64,000 nucleotides of DNA from Macrostomum lignano (lineage: Eukaryota), in the NCBI GenBank assembly GCA_002269645.1, contig NIVC01001550.1:124001-188000 (forward strand), read 5' to 3'. Below, in pieces: positions 13,701 to 33,827 of the stretch. The notes beneath the pieces are model-generated. The model saw only the letters and a program-made list of their open reading frames with translations, ran no database searches and was not told the DNA's origin. Numbering within the stretch: position 1 is the first letter of the stretch; every line of letters starts with the position of its first letter. The translations under genes and the position numbers were made by a program.

Positions 13701-16700
13701 AGTTTTACCCAATAGACTGGCAGTTTTACCCAACAGACTGGCAGTTTTACCCAACAGACTGGCAGTTTTACCTAATAGACTGGCAGTTTTACCCAATAGA
13801 TTGGCAGTTTTACCCAATGGACTGGCAGTTTTACCCAATAGACTGGCAGTTTTACCCAACAGACTGGCAGTTTTACCCAACAGACTGGCAGTTTTACCCT
13901 ATAGACTGGCAGTTTTACCCAATAGACTGGCAGTTTTACCTAATAGACTGGCAGTTTTACCCAATAGACTGGCAGTTTTACCCAATAGACTGGCAGTTTT
14001 ACCCAATAGACTGGCAGTTTTACCCAATAGACTGGCAGTTTTACCCAATAGACTGGCAGTTTTACCTAATAGACTGGCAGTTTTACCCAATAGACTGGCA
14101 GTTTTACCCAATAGACTGGCAGTTTTACCCAATGGACTGGCAGTTTTACCTAATAGACTGGCAGTTTTACCCAATAGACTGGCAGTTTTACCCAATAGAC
14201 TGGCAGTTTTACCCAATAGACTGGCAGTTTTACCCAATGGACTGACAGTTTTACCCAATAGACTGGCAGTTTTACCCAATAGACTGGCAGTTTTACCCAA
14301 TAGACTGGCAGTTTTACCCAACAGACTGGCAGTTTTACCCAACAGACTGGCAGTTTTACCTAACAGACTGGCAGTTTTACCCAACAGACTGGCAGTTTTA
14401 CCCAATAGACTGGCAGTTTTACCCAATAGACTGGCAGTTTTACCTAATAGACTGGCAGTTTTACCCAATAGACTGGCAGTTTTACCCAACAGACTGGCAG
14501 TTTTACCCAACAGACTGGCAGTTTTACCCAATAGATTGGCAGTTTTACCCAATGGACTGGCAGTTTTACCCAATAGACTGGCAGTTTTACCAATAGACTG
14601 GCAGTTTTACCCAATAGACTGGCAGTTTTACCCAATAGACTGGCAGTTTTACCCAATAGACTGGCAGTTTTACCCAACAGACTGGCAGTTTTACCTAATA
14701 GACTGGCAGTTTTACCCAACAGACTGGCAGTTTTACCCAACAGACTGGCAGTTTTACCCAATAGACTGGCAGTTTTACCCAATAGACTGGCAGTTTTACC
14801 CAACAGACTGGCAGTTTTACCTAATAGACTGGCAGTTTTACCCAACAGACTGGCAGTTTTACCCAACAGACTGGCAGTTTTACCCAACAGACTGGCAGTT
14901 TTACTCAACAGACTGGCAGTTTTACCCAATAGACTGGCAGTTTTACCCAATAGACTGGCAGTTTTACTCTGATGAACTGATGAACTTTTGAGTGGTTGGC
15001 TAAACCTGCCACTTCTGACTTACTCTATCGATTTTCGCTGGCACTGACCCTGAGCCTAACCTGTACTCGCCTGCTCAATTTTGTACACTCCACCCATCCC
15101 ATTCATTGTTGCTTGAGGCGCTCTCACACTCTCACAAGCCATAAATTTTTCACAGCATCCACCACCCTCTCCGGTGTTGAGAATGCAACAGCACTTCATC
15201 TGTGAATGCCCCGCCTTTCCTCAGGACAAGGCTCACCTACCTCCGCCCAAACCCGGACCTCTCCAACGTTTTCAGGCCACCTCGTCCGCTACCTGAGGGC
15301 TACCGGGCGAGCGACCACCCACCTCCTTGACTCTCCGGAAGGGGGCCCGCGCTGTGGACACCGGCACCACTGGATCACCCTTCGCGGCACCGCAACCACA
15401 AGCTCTGTGGTCGCCAGGGGTTAGCGGAATTGGTGACAACGCCTTCCCGCTGTATCCGGATGCCCGAAGCCCCCTGCAGCTGAGTCAAGTAAGTCACCAG
15501 CTCACAGCACCCACCACCCCACAGAACCCCTCACCCACAGCACCCATCACCCCACAGCACCCACCACCCCACAGCACCCATCACCCCACAGCACCCACCA
15601 CCCCACAGCACCCACCACCCACAGCGCCCACCACCCCACAGCACCCACCACCCCACAGCACCCACCACCCCACAGCGCCCACCACCCCACAGCACCCACC
15701 ACCCAACAGCACCCACCATCCAACAGCACCCACCACCCTACAGCACCCACCACCCCACAGCACCCATCACCCCACAGCACCCACCGCCATACATAGGAGC
15801 CACAACGCCACAGAACCCCAACCACCCCAAAGCACCCACCACTCATAGCACCGACACAACCGTCACATAACACACAGCACCCACCACTTACCGCCATATT
15901 TGTACAATATAAGATAGCGAATGGCGTCGGATCGTTGAATTTTGTGCGGGAAAGATTCAAACACTTTCATATGGGAGGAAAAGTGCTTCTGCATGAAGGC
16001 TTTAATAGCTTGGTCAGTCCACAGCACCACCTGCCAGTCGGGGTTCTTGGTCACGCAGGTCTGCAGCGCCTCTCTGTAAGGCGCTAAAACATTGGCATCG
16101 CGATAGACAAAATGAATTATTTTTGGCACTCCGGCGGGGGTCCGCGGTATCTTAGTTTCCGCCGCTGGCTTTGATATCAGTACCAGCGTCGTAACGTTGT
16201 ATCTGGTAGCGTTGCCGCCACCTCGGCCGCCGTCTTGACCCGCCTTATCAGCATTGATCAGTCTGTTCTCAAAGAGTCGATACGAATTGCCAAATGATTT
16301 TGCGCTGAATTTGTTGCTGACAAAGACCAGGCCAATTAGTGTGAGCACCGATAGAGTTGTTAGGATCTGTCAGGGGTTAAAATTTGGCACGAATTAATTT
16401 GTGGCTGAATGACATTCTGACACTCACTATGGCCTTCTGACACTCACTATGGCCTTCTGACACTCACTATGGCCTTCTGACACTCACTATGGCCTTTTGA
16501 CACACACTCTGACCTTCTGGCACTTAATCAACCTTCTGACACTCACTCTGACACCTTCTGACACTCACTCTGACACCTTTTGACACTCACTCTGACCTTC
16601 TGACACTCACTCTGACCTTCTGACACTCACTCTGACCCTCTGACACTTACTCCAAGCTTCTGACTCTCACTCAACTTTCTGACACTTACTCAACCTTCTG

Positions 16701-17069
16701 ACAGTCACTTTGGCCTTCTGACACTCACTCTGACCCTCTGAAACTTACTCAACCTTCTGACAATTACTCTGGCCTTTTGACACTCAATCTGACCTTCTGA
16801 CACTTAATCAACCTTCTGACACTCACTCTGACACCTTCTGACACTTATTCTGACCTTCTGACACTCACTCTGGCCTTCTGACGACACTCACTCTGACCTT
16901 CTGACACTCACTCTGACCTTCTGACACTCACTCTGACCTCCCGACACTCACTCTGACCTTCTGACACTTCATTGTTTACTATAACTCGCATCTTTGCTGA
17001 TTTCTAACCAAACAAGATCGTACAAGTGCAGAATGTAGAGGGAAAATAAAACTTTACCTTTCTCTTCAT
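10744..17069 (-). CDS. GT32 / DXD sugar-binding glycosyltransferase (OCH1/SUR1/A4GALT superfamily), type II membrane protein, 5 exons, 370 aa
   Basis: Exons 17058-17069 (MKRK), 15892-16366, 12969-13202, 12733-12885, 10744-10982; all GT-AG and phase-consistent (1113 nt). N-terminal anchor [16 protein letters not shown]; motifs [30 protein letters not shown] (DXD), [21 protein letters not shown]. Confidence 0.92.
11021..12670 (-). repeat. Minisatellite, GGATTGCTAATCT-core family, 39/40-bp unit, filling intron 4 of the GT32 gene
   Basis: Plus-strand unit GGCTAGATTAGCAATCCATTCTATTCCTTTATCCAATGTA. Confidence 0.97.
13350..14968 (+). repeat. 21-bp minisatellite in intron 2 of the GT32 gene
   Basis: Unit TAGACTGGCAGTTTTACCCAA; source of the 589-aa RLAVLPN repeat ORF. 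Confidence 0.97.
15000..15330 (+). mobile_element. Decayed 3' end of an I-group/R1-like non-LTR retrotransposon ORF2
   Basis: Frameshifted pieces LRRSHT..SGVENA / [10 protein letters not shown] / [15 protein letters not shown] / [10 protein letters not shown] resemble the C-terminal H..eCP zinc-knuckle region of such LINEs. Confidence 0.45.
15500..15885 (-). repeat. G-rich 17-22-bp degenerate repeat just inside the donor of GT32 intron 2
   Basis: Plus-strand CACAGCACCCACCACCC units; reads GGGTGGTGGGTGCTGTG on the transcript strand. Confidence 0.9.
16415..16970 (+). repeat. About 20-bp minisatellite in intron 1 of the GT32 gene
   Basis: Unit TTCTGACACTCACTCTGACC with variants. Confidence 0.93.
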
Positions 17070-17431
17070 CTGACAGATGCACAGGTTTTTTGTTAACCCT
17101 ATCTTGTTGAGCTGAAGAATTATTATTGATCGCTCGCTTTGTTCAGTCTGATGCTGCTGCTTCACAGAGAGGGGGCAAAGCAGTTTCTCATTTTATCTAG
17201 ATATGCAAACTGCTGCCTGTTTGTCGTCTGGGGAGGAAGGGGTGGCCCGCATTGCCTGCCTGCCTTAAGCCTGCACGCGATTGTTTGGACAGGGGCTTGG
17301 AAACTAAGCCAGCCCAGTTCTACACCTCACTCCAAGCCAGCCGGCCAAGGACATCTAGGACTGCATCTGGATTGGAAGCTGTTACGGTGGACCCTGCCTA
17401 AAACTAAAGAAAGTTTGCCTGTACTGAATTG

Positions 17432-18155
17432 TCTGATCTGAATGAGAGTTTGCCTGTACTGAAGTCTGATCTGAATGAGAGTTTGCCTGTACTGAAGTCT
17501 GCTCTGAATGAGAGTTTGCCTGTACTGAAGTCTGATCTGAATGAGAGTTTGTCTGTACTGAAGTCTGATCTGAATGAGAGTTTGCCTGTACTGAAGTCTG
17601 ATCTGAATGAGAGTTTGCCTGTACTGAAGTCTGATCTGAATGAGAGTTTGCCTGTACTGAAGTCTGATCTGAATGAGAGTTTGCCTGTACTGAAGTCTGA
17701 TCTGAATGAGAGTTTGCCTTACTGAAGTCTGATCTGAATGAGAGTTTGCCTGTACTGAAGTCTGATCTGAATGAGAGTTTGCCTGTACTGAAGTCTGATC
17801 TGAATGAGAGTTTGCCTGTACTGAAGTCTGATCTGAATGAGAGTTTGCCTGTACTGAAGTCTGATCTGAATGAGAGTTTGCCTGTACTGAAGTCTGATCT
17901 GAATGAGAGTTTGCCTGTACTGAAGTCTGATCTGAATGAGAGTTTGCCTGTACTGAAGTCTGATCTGAATGAGAGTTTGCCTGTACTGAAGTCTGCTCTG
18001 AATGAGAGTTTGTCTGTACTGAAGTCTGATCTGAATGAGAGTTTGCCTGTACTGAAGTCTGCTCTGAATGAGAGTTTGCCTGTACTGAAGTCTGCTCTGA
18101 ATGAGAGTTTGCCTGTACTGAAGTCTGATCTGAATGAGAGTTTGCCTGTACTGAA
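17432..18155 (+). repeat. 33-bp minisatellite
   Basis: Unit CTGTACTGAAGTCTGATCTGAATGAGAGTTTGC. Confidence 0.96.
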
Positions 18156-18419
18156 TCTATAAAGACCCTATTATTATCATCAATTAGTCCATCGGCCAGC
18201 ATGCTCAATCCAGAGTTCAGCTTCCAGACCGCCTTGGCTGTATGCTTTGCCGCCCGCCCCCTCTCTCTCTCTCTGTGCCCCTCGCCGTGCTCAATGCTGA
18301 ACTACAATGCGCTAGCCCACCCCTACTCACTGAGCTGTGTCCATAGGGAGAGAATGGAAGGAGGGGTGAGGCGGGAGAGAAGGGAAGATTTAGGGGGAAG
18401 GAGAGAAATGAGGTGGAGC

Positions 18420-19500
18420 TGTCTGCATGCGAGGAGAGGCCTGTGCAGAAAATTCACTCATCGGCTGCTCAGTAGCCTTCAGCTGCGAAGCAGCTGTTTC
18501 CGCAATCGGTTTGAATTAAAAGCAAAACGTAAAGTTTCAAGGAGGGAAAAGGCAGTTTCATGATTGTCATGCACGAGTTTTAAGCAGTCGGTGATCGTTG
18601 GCTCGTTGGATACTCGTTGGATCGTTGGATCGTTAGATACTCGTTGGCTCCAGATGCACCCAGAGGTCTGGTTGACCGTCCTCTTGTCTTCTGGCCTGCG
18701 TTGGCGCGCTGTAGCGCTGGAGAACCGTCGACGACTCAAACTATTGTCCTGCAACAGTACAAGTAACTTGAGCTCCTTTTCCAAAATGATGTTCCCATGA
18801 TTCGCGTACTCTACCAGAAATGGATGAACTGCTAAAAGGGGATTCTCATTCTCTTGTGCTTTGTATCTCAGGACGAGATTAAAGGAAACGCGTTTATGAG
18901 GTGGAATTTTCGAGATCCTGGTATTTGTCTTCCTAACAAGTCAATCATCGTTAAGAGTACCATCCTACCCCTGGATCCCAGGAGCCGAGTTGCTTCCAAC
19001 TTCCAGGAGAGTGTCGTCAATGTTGGCAAGGCTATGAAAGGCGTGATTACTGAGGAGATGTCGCTGATGTTGCAACGGAGGCGCGCATGCTGAAGCGAGT
19101 GGATCATCAAATTTGTACTCAATGTCGACAGCAGCATCGTAAAATTCTGGCTTCAAGTGAGAGCTTTGGATTAACTGGCTCTTGCATCAATTTGCTTGCC
19201 GCGTTGTAAGAGCGTCAGGTATGCCAGAGCGTCTCCTCAAGCTGTTGACCTCAAATCTGTTCGATGAGCGCAACTGACTGTCGGATGAAACGCTGCACTC
19301 CACGCTGGTTCTCAAGTCCAGACTTTCGGTACGCAGTTTGACAGCTAAATCTCAGAGGCTTGAGCAGTCGCGGATGGAGAAAGAAACTGACGAGGCGAGA
19401 TGAGGGCTGAGAAGGATGCAAAAGCAGCAGAGTTATTGATCCAATGGTTCCGCAAACGGAGGCATAGGTACAGCGCGTTAGTACGAGTATAAAGGGTTCC
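18420..19500 (+). pseudogene. Degenerate hAT-superfamily transposase
   Basis: Ordered, frameshifted motifs: DTRWL..VDR.LVFWPAL, LELLFQNDVPMIRVLY, IVKFWLQV..LALASICLP, and ERLLKLL..ERN*LSDETLHSTLVLK (hAT C-terminal dimerisation-like, likely CGA>TGA stop). Confidence 0.68.
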
Positions 19501-20114
19501 ATATTAAAGTTAGTTCTGGCTCAGTACGACAAGCAAGAGCCCTGTGTATCAGCACATTGCGCTAGTTATTTTCGAATAAAAGCCTCTTAATATCAAATGG
19601 AGGTATCTTCAGTGAAAATGGAAGCACTCATCATGGAAACCTGGATAAAGTTTTGTGCAAGGCATGTATCAATTTCGAAAAGCGAAAAGCTATTTCGTTG
19701 CATTAAAACAAAATACGCCGCACCGACTAGGAACAAAAAGGACAGTCTTGGGTGCGCAATTTTTCTATCACTTGACGCGACTCGAGGGAGGGGTGTTTAA
19801 AAGCAATTTCGCATTCATGGAAAGATAATATCAACTACTAAGTATTTTCACGAATGTGGCTGGCTGGCCCTAACTCTGCTGTATTTAGCTTTTTTTTCTA
19901 TTGCTTGTACTCTAGATATTACAACACTTTTTTAAGCAATCGCAATTCAAACACAGCAATTTTGCTTCAAATACTCGTTGCATCATGATGCTGATAATTA
20001 TTATATTAAGCTCGCTCTGTATTTTCAGGTAATTTTCAGGTTAATTACGCTCGTATTTTGTTGGTTGGAGTTACGGTGGGCTAAGAAGGCTTTTGACTGT
20101 GCAGATGAAGGTCA

Positions 20115-20390
20115 TTGGGCAATGGGATGGCGGGGCAATGGGGTGGAGGGCAATGGGGTGGTGGGCAACGGGGTGGTGGGGCAATGGGGTGGTGGGGCAA
20201 TGGGGTGGAGCAATGGGGTGGTGGAGCAATGGGGTGGTGGGGCAATGGGGTGGTGGGGCAATGGGTGGTGGGGCAATGGGGTGGTGGGGCAATGGGTAGT
20301 GGGGAATATGGTGGTGGTACATGCGTCGTTGGGTGTCGGTGAAACGGGGTGACGAGCCAATGGGTGTTGGGGCAATGGGGTGGTGCAACT
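20115..20390 (+). repeat. G-rich about 17-bp repeat
   Basis: GGGCAATGGGGTGGTGG units. Confidence 0.9.
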
Positions 20391-20519
20391 ACAAGCGTAA
20401 GCATCGAACAGCTGTAAATTAATGTTTTTCCCGTTTCCGAAAAATCACTCCGACGGCATCCACCGTTGAGATTCTTGACGCGCTAACATATATAGACAGC
20501 AAGGAGTCAGTCTTGCAGG

Positions 20520-29124
<8,605 letters not shown>

Positions 29125-29719
29125 TTGCCTTCTCGGCCCTGTTAGCTGTCTGATTTCGAGTTTAGATTTAAAAGAGTATTGCATTCCTGGTTCGCCAGAA
29201 ACTCCATATATCTGAGCTGCTCTGGCCAGGGTTGGACACGATAACAGGCGCAGACAGGGCAGCGTACAGTGCCAGGGACAGAAAAGGGCTCTGCACTGGC
29301 CTCACTGCGAGTAATTATGTACTTTGGAATCGACACATGAGCGAATGAGGCGTACATATTTCCCCCCTCTCCCATCTCCCTCTCACCCTGTCCACATGTG
29401 TGCAGCTTGTGCAGTGCTAGAATTGCATTACTCGTAATAAATGACTGACATTCAATTTCTTTGAACGCTAATATTTGTTTTATTCTTCGCCTGTGTTTGT
29501 CTCTGCAAGTATTTAACTGATGTTAATCTGCTAACTAGAATTTTAAACTAACTGCCAAACAGTTGACCTGAGATGAACTTTCCGTTTTGATTGAAGCAAC
29601 TGGGTTGCGCGAGGGGGGCTGGATTAATTTCAAGTTTATTTAACCATTGTTTCATTCCTTCATTCATTCGTCAGCTGGTCAGTGGCAGTCTGATAAAATG
29701 GGGACTGCTCTCGTGCTTT

Positions 29720-30240
29720 CTCTGGGAGAGAGAGATAAGAGAGAGGGAGATGGGAGAGAGAGGGAGACGGGAGAGAGGGAGATGGGAGAGAAAGGGATAC
29801 GGGAGAGAGGGAGACGGGAGAGAGGGAGATAGGAGAGAGGGAGATGGGAGAGAGGGAGATGGGAGAGAGGGAGATAGGAGAGAGGGAGATAGGAGAGAGG
29901 GAGATAGGAGAGAGGGAGATGGGAGAGAGGGAGATGGGAGAGAGGGAGATAGGAGAGAGGGAGATGAGAGAGAGAGGGAGACGGGAGAGAGGGAGATGGG
30001 AGAGAGGGAGATGGGAGAGAGAGGGAGACGGGAGAGAGGGAGATGGGAGAGAGGGAGATGGGCTAGAGGGAGATAGGAGAGAGGGAGATAGGAGAGAGGG
30101 AAATGGGAGAGAGGGAGATGAGAGAGAGAGAGGGAGACGGGAGAGAGGGAGATGAGAGAGAGAGGGAGACGGGAGAGAGGGAGACGGGAGAGAGGGAGAT
30201 GGGAGAGAGGGAGATAGGAGAGAAGGAGATGGGAGAGAGA
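29720..30240 (+). repeat. Polypurine about 15-bp repeat; inverted counterpart of 27905-28930
   Basis: GGGAGAGAGGGAGAT units are the reverse complement of the upstream array motif. Confidence 0.93.
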
Positions 30241-30924
30241 ATGAAGTAAAGGGCGGGGATAATCTAACTAATTGCGGATTTCGACTTAAATCAAGAGGTG
30301 TCATTTTTGGCTGAGCTGAGAGGTAAAAAAAATACTTTAGTTGAAGGTACAGAGAATTAGATAATAATGAATTATTTGAAATCTATAATGACACGCTCGT
30401 ACTAAGCCTCACATACAACTTGAGAATCGTAGTACTGGAAGGATAGGAAGTCAAATTGATTCTATTGTAAAATTCCAATTCTCAGTATTCTCCAATTTCA
30501 AATTCCGTGTATACATGTATGTCAGATAGAGAGCCCTGGGGGCAAGCAAATGAAATTAATCCATGCCTAGTCGATTTCGCTGATAACTAGATAGATTTTA
30601 TTCAACCATGCCGGATGATAAGATGATACGGTTGCAATGACAATCAGATTTTCTCGTTAACTTGTCGGCCTTCGAGAGCTTCAACGTGTTGAAAAAAGAT
30701 GCGCAACCAGTGTTACGCCTCTGATCAGTGATCAGTCTCCTACATCATACAGACGCAGGCGCAGCATACAGATACAGTTTATTAGAAAACTATACTGGAA
30801 ACACATTTGCCATTTTAAATGCAACTGATACCGAAATAGTGAAGCTACTAGCAATCCAGCCCGTTTGGCGAGCGCAAAAATGAAAATTAAAATATGGCTG
30901 AAATATTAAATAATGGACCCATGC

Positions 30925-31722
30925 TTCCAGTAAGCCTTGACATCCCAGCAATTCTCCCCGTAAGCCTCGACATCCCAGCAACTCCTCCCATTAGCCTCGT
31001 AGTCTCAGGAATTCCCCCAGCTGTAAGCCTCATCCCAGCAATCCCCCCATAAGCCTTGACATCTCAGCAATCCCCCCATAAGCCTTGACATCCCAGCAAT
31101 CCCCCCATAAGCCTTGACATCTCAGCAATCCCCCCATAAGCCTTGACATCCCAGCAATTCCACAATAAGCCTTGACATCCCAGCAATTCCCCCATAAGCC
31201 TTGACATCTCAGCAATCCCCCCATAAGCCTTGACATCCCAGCAATTCCACAATAAGCCTTGACATCCCAGCAATTCCACAATAAGCCTTGACATCCCAGC
31301 AATTCCACAATAAGCCTTGAAATCCCAGCAATTCCCCCATAAGCCTTGACATCCCAGCAATTCCACAATAAGCCTTGACATCCCAGCAATTCCACAATAA
31401 GCCTTGACATCCCAGCAATCCCCCCATAAGCCTTGACATCTCAGCAATCCCCCATAAGCCTTGACATCCCAGCAATCCCCCCATAAGCCTTGACATCCCA
31501 GCAATTCCACAATAAGCCTTGACATCCCAGCAATTCCCCCATAAGCCTTGACATCCCAGCAATCCCCCCATAAGCCTTGACATCCCAGCAATCCCCCCAT
31601 AAGCCTTGACATCCCAGCAATTCCCCCATAAGCCTTGACATCTCAGCGATTCCCCCATAAGCCTTGACATCTCAGCAATTCCCCCATAAGCCTTGACATC
31701 CCAGCAATTCCCCCCATAAGCC
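30925..31722 (+). repeat. 29/30-bp minisatellite related to the 3.5-4.8 kb array
   Basis: TAAGCCTTGACATCCCAGCAATTCCCCCA units. Confidence 0.95.
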
Positions 31723-31949
31723 ATCCAGGATGACAGATTTTGTCATCCTGTACATTAGTTAATGACCCTAAGAATGTACATATAGAAGGCAATAAAATAG
31801 GGTGGGGGAAGGGGCAGGGGGTAGAGCGGGGAAGACGCAGTCGGAGCGTTTGGGCTCAGGGGTGTATACCGGTATATATTATATTAAGACGTAGAGGGGA
31901 GGCCCATTGCGCGATCGCAAAACAGGCGGGAAGGGCAGGCAGCAGCAGC

Positions 31950-33200
31950 CTGAGCGGTCAGCTCAAGCGCCGGCAAGTCAGCGATGAGGCAGTCCGCCAG
32001 AGTGGCTCGGTCGGCCGGTGCAGCATGGCCAGGGCCAGAGGGACGGGCGCACCGCGACCCAGGGTCCGTAGGCAGTGGCCCAGCAGCATCTGGCGGCGCC
32101 GGCGCAGGGTAGCGCCTTCAAGATTGTCTCCATCCCGAAGAAAGGCGCCTCCACCAGCTTGGACAACCAGCGGGGCATCGCGCTGGAATGCACAACGCCG
32201 AAGCTGCTGAACGCGATTCTGCGCAACCGCCTCCTGCTCGGCCTTAACACGCTGCTGCTGAGCCTCCAAAGCGGCTTCCGCCGGGCAGGTTCACCACCGA
32301 GCAGGTTGCCACCATCCGCTCTTTCATCGAGGCCTGCAAGACCCGCCAGCGCTCCGTGTCAATCATCTTCGTCGACTTTCGCAAGGCGTTTGACTCAGTA
32401 AGGCTCCGCCGCCCGCGCTTAATTTAAAGCAGTACGGAACAAGCCACGGCAAAGGTGTGACAAAGATGGCAGTAGTTAAAGACAGTACAAGTCCAGGCCT
32501 GCGATCGCTTGGCTTCTATCTCATTATGGCGTACCTGCTACAGAAGAGTTCGGCACCAGCTCAGGCGTCCTTCAGGGCGACACGCTGGCTCCTCTGCTCT
32601 TCCTCGTGGGTGTGGACTACGTGCTTCATCGATCCCTCCGCGAGGATGACAGCTACTTGCTGGTCCCACGCCGAAGCTCCAGACACCCTGCTGTTTCGCT
32701 TCCCGCTCTAGCGTATGCTGACGACATCGCGCTGCCCAGCGCCCTCTCACAAGGCTCTGCGACGAAGGCGCCCGTGTTGGGCTGCTGGTGAACGCTCGCA
32801 AGACGGAGGCGCTGCACGTGGGCACGAATACCGCCCCAACTCTCAGGTTGGCCCAATGGAGACCGCATCGCGGTGTGCGAGGACTTCAGGTACCTCAGCG
32901 CCCTAGTGATGAACCCCAATGCGATTGTCTCTGACAGGAGGAACCAGGCCTGGCACGCCGCGCACCTCCTCAGGAAAGTTTTTAATTCAGCTGCCAGAGA
33001 CGGCCTGAAGGTGCACCTGTTCCGCGCGGCCGTCGAGCTGATTCTCCTGTACGGCATGGAGGCTGTGCCGCTGACCGAGACGAGAGCGAGCCCTGGACGC
33101 GCTCTACCGATCGCTGCTGCGCTACGCGCTGAGTGTGCACTACCCGGAGCGCCTGCCGTCCAACGCTCTGATGGCCCGCGCTGGAACTCCGCTCGGGGGT
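31950..33200 (+). mobile_element. Degenerate RTE-like non-LTR retrotransposon reverse transcriptase
   Basis: Frameshifted RT motifs in order: IVSIPKKG..NQRGIAL, QSGFR, IIFVDFRKAFDSV, QGDTLAP.LF, LAYADDIAL, GLLVN..KTE, DFRYLS, ILLYGMEA. Confidence 0.88.
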
Positions 33201-33329
33201 GTAAGCGGTCGATAAACGGGCTATTAACCAAAAGACAGTCAACTGAGTCAAGAAGAATGCGAGCGTAAGAGGATAACCAGCCAAAGTTTGTTATACAAAG
33301 GTTATCTGTTTTTAAGGTTTCTTAGAGAC

Positions 33330-33400
33330 GGGGCCGTAGCCTAGTGGTCCAGCGCGGCGTTTTTATTGCCAGCGGCCCACCGCCCAGGCTCGCTCCAGTG
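33330..33400 (+). other. Possible tRNA-derived SINE head or pseudo-tRNA
   Basis: GGGGCCGTAGCCTAGTGGT contains an A-box-like TAGCCTAGTGG; degenerate B-box GGCTCGCTCCA at 33387. Confidence 0.3.
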
Positions 33401-33556
33401 CAGTCACATTAATTCGGGGTTAAATTGGAAGATCTAAGAGTAAGAGGCAGTGATTTACAGATGAAAAAAGTTTCTATGTGGCTGCTTTTTACTTAGTCAA
33501 AGGGTTTTAGTAGTCCTTGTACCTGGGCGCACAAATGTTTCTAATATAGCTCGAAA

Positions 33557-33753
33557 TACACTCAGCAACATGAACTAATTGACAATGTTGACAATACCCT
33601 AATATCAGTTTATTTTTCTTCATATCAGCTTGACTGCGAAATCAGCCCATACGAGCCCGCGGACGTGTTGTGAATTGCGTCACTTGGGGCTGAGATCTGA
33701 GGAAAGTTGACCACTGGTTTTGGGGTGGGAACTTTAACATGTTGCTGAGTGTA
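33557..33753. mobile_element. MITE of Tc1/mariner type
   Basis: 14-bp perfect TIR CACTCAGCAACATG / CATGTTGCTGAGTG flanked by TA on both sides; 193-bp non-coding element. Confidence 0.75.
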
Positions 33754-33827
33754 CATGCTCAAGGGAAAGAGTTTAAGCATCAGAAATAGGCGGAGTGGCT
33801 CATCGAGGGTTTTATAGTATCTTTAGC

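Noticed and set aside
13222-14991. 589-aa ORF and overlapping repeat ORFs
   Set aside because: Translation of a 21-bp intronic minisatellite within the GT32 gene.
18965-19156. Minus-strand peptide HAFHSL..TLLEVGSN resembling an alphavirus-like capping methyltransferase
   Set aside because: Short, weak resemblance; the opposite strand carries ordered hAT motifs that explain the region better.
19855-19890. GGCTGGCC..AACTCT similarity with 63570-63600 as transposon TIRs
   Set aside because: Short, same orientation, and no target-site duplication identified.
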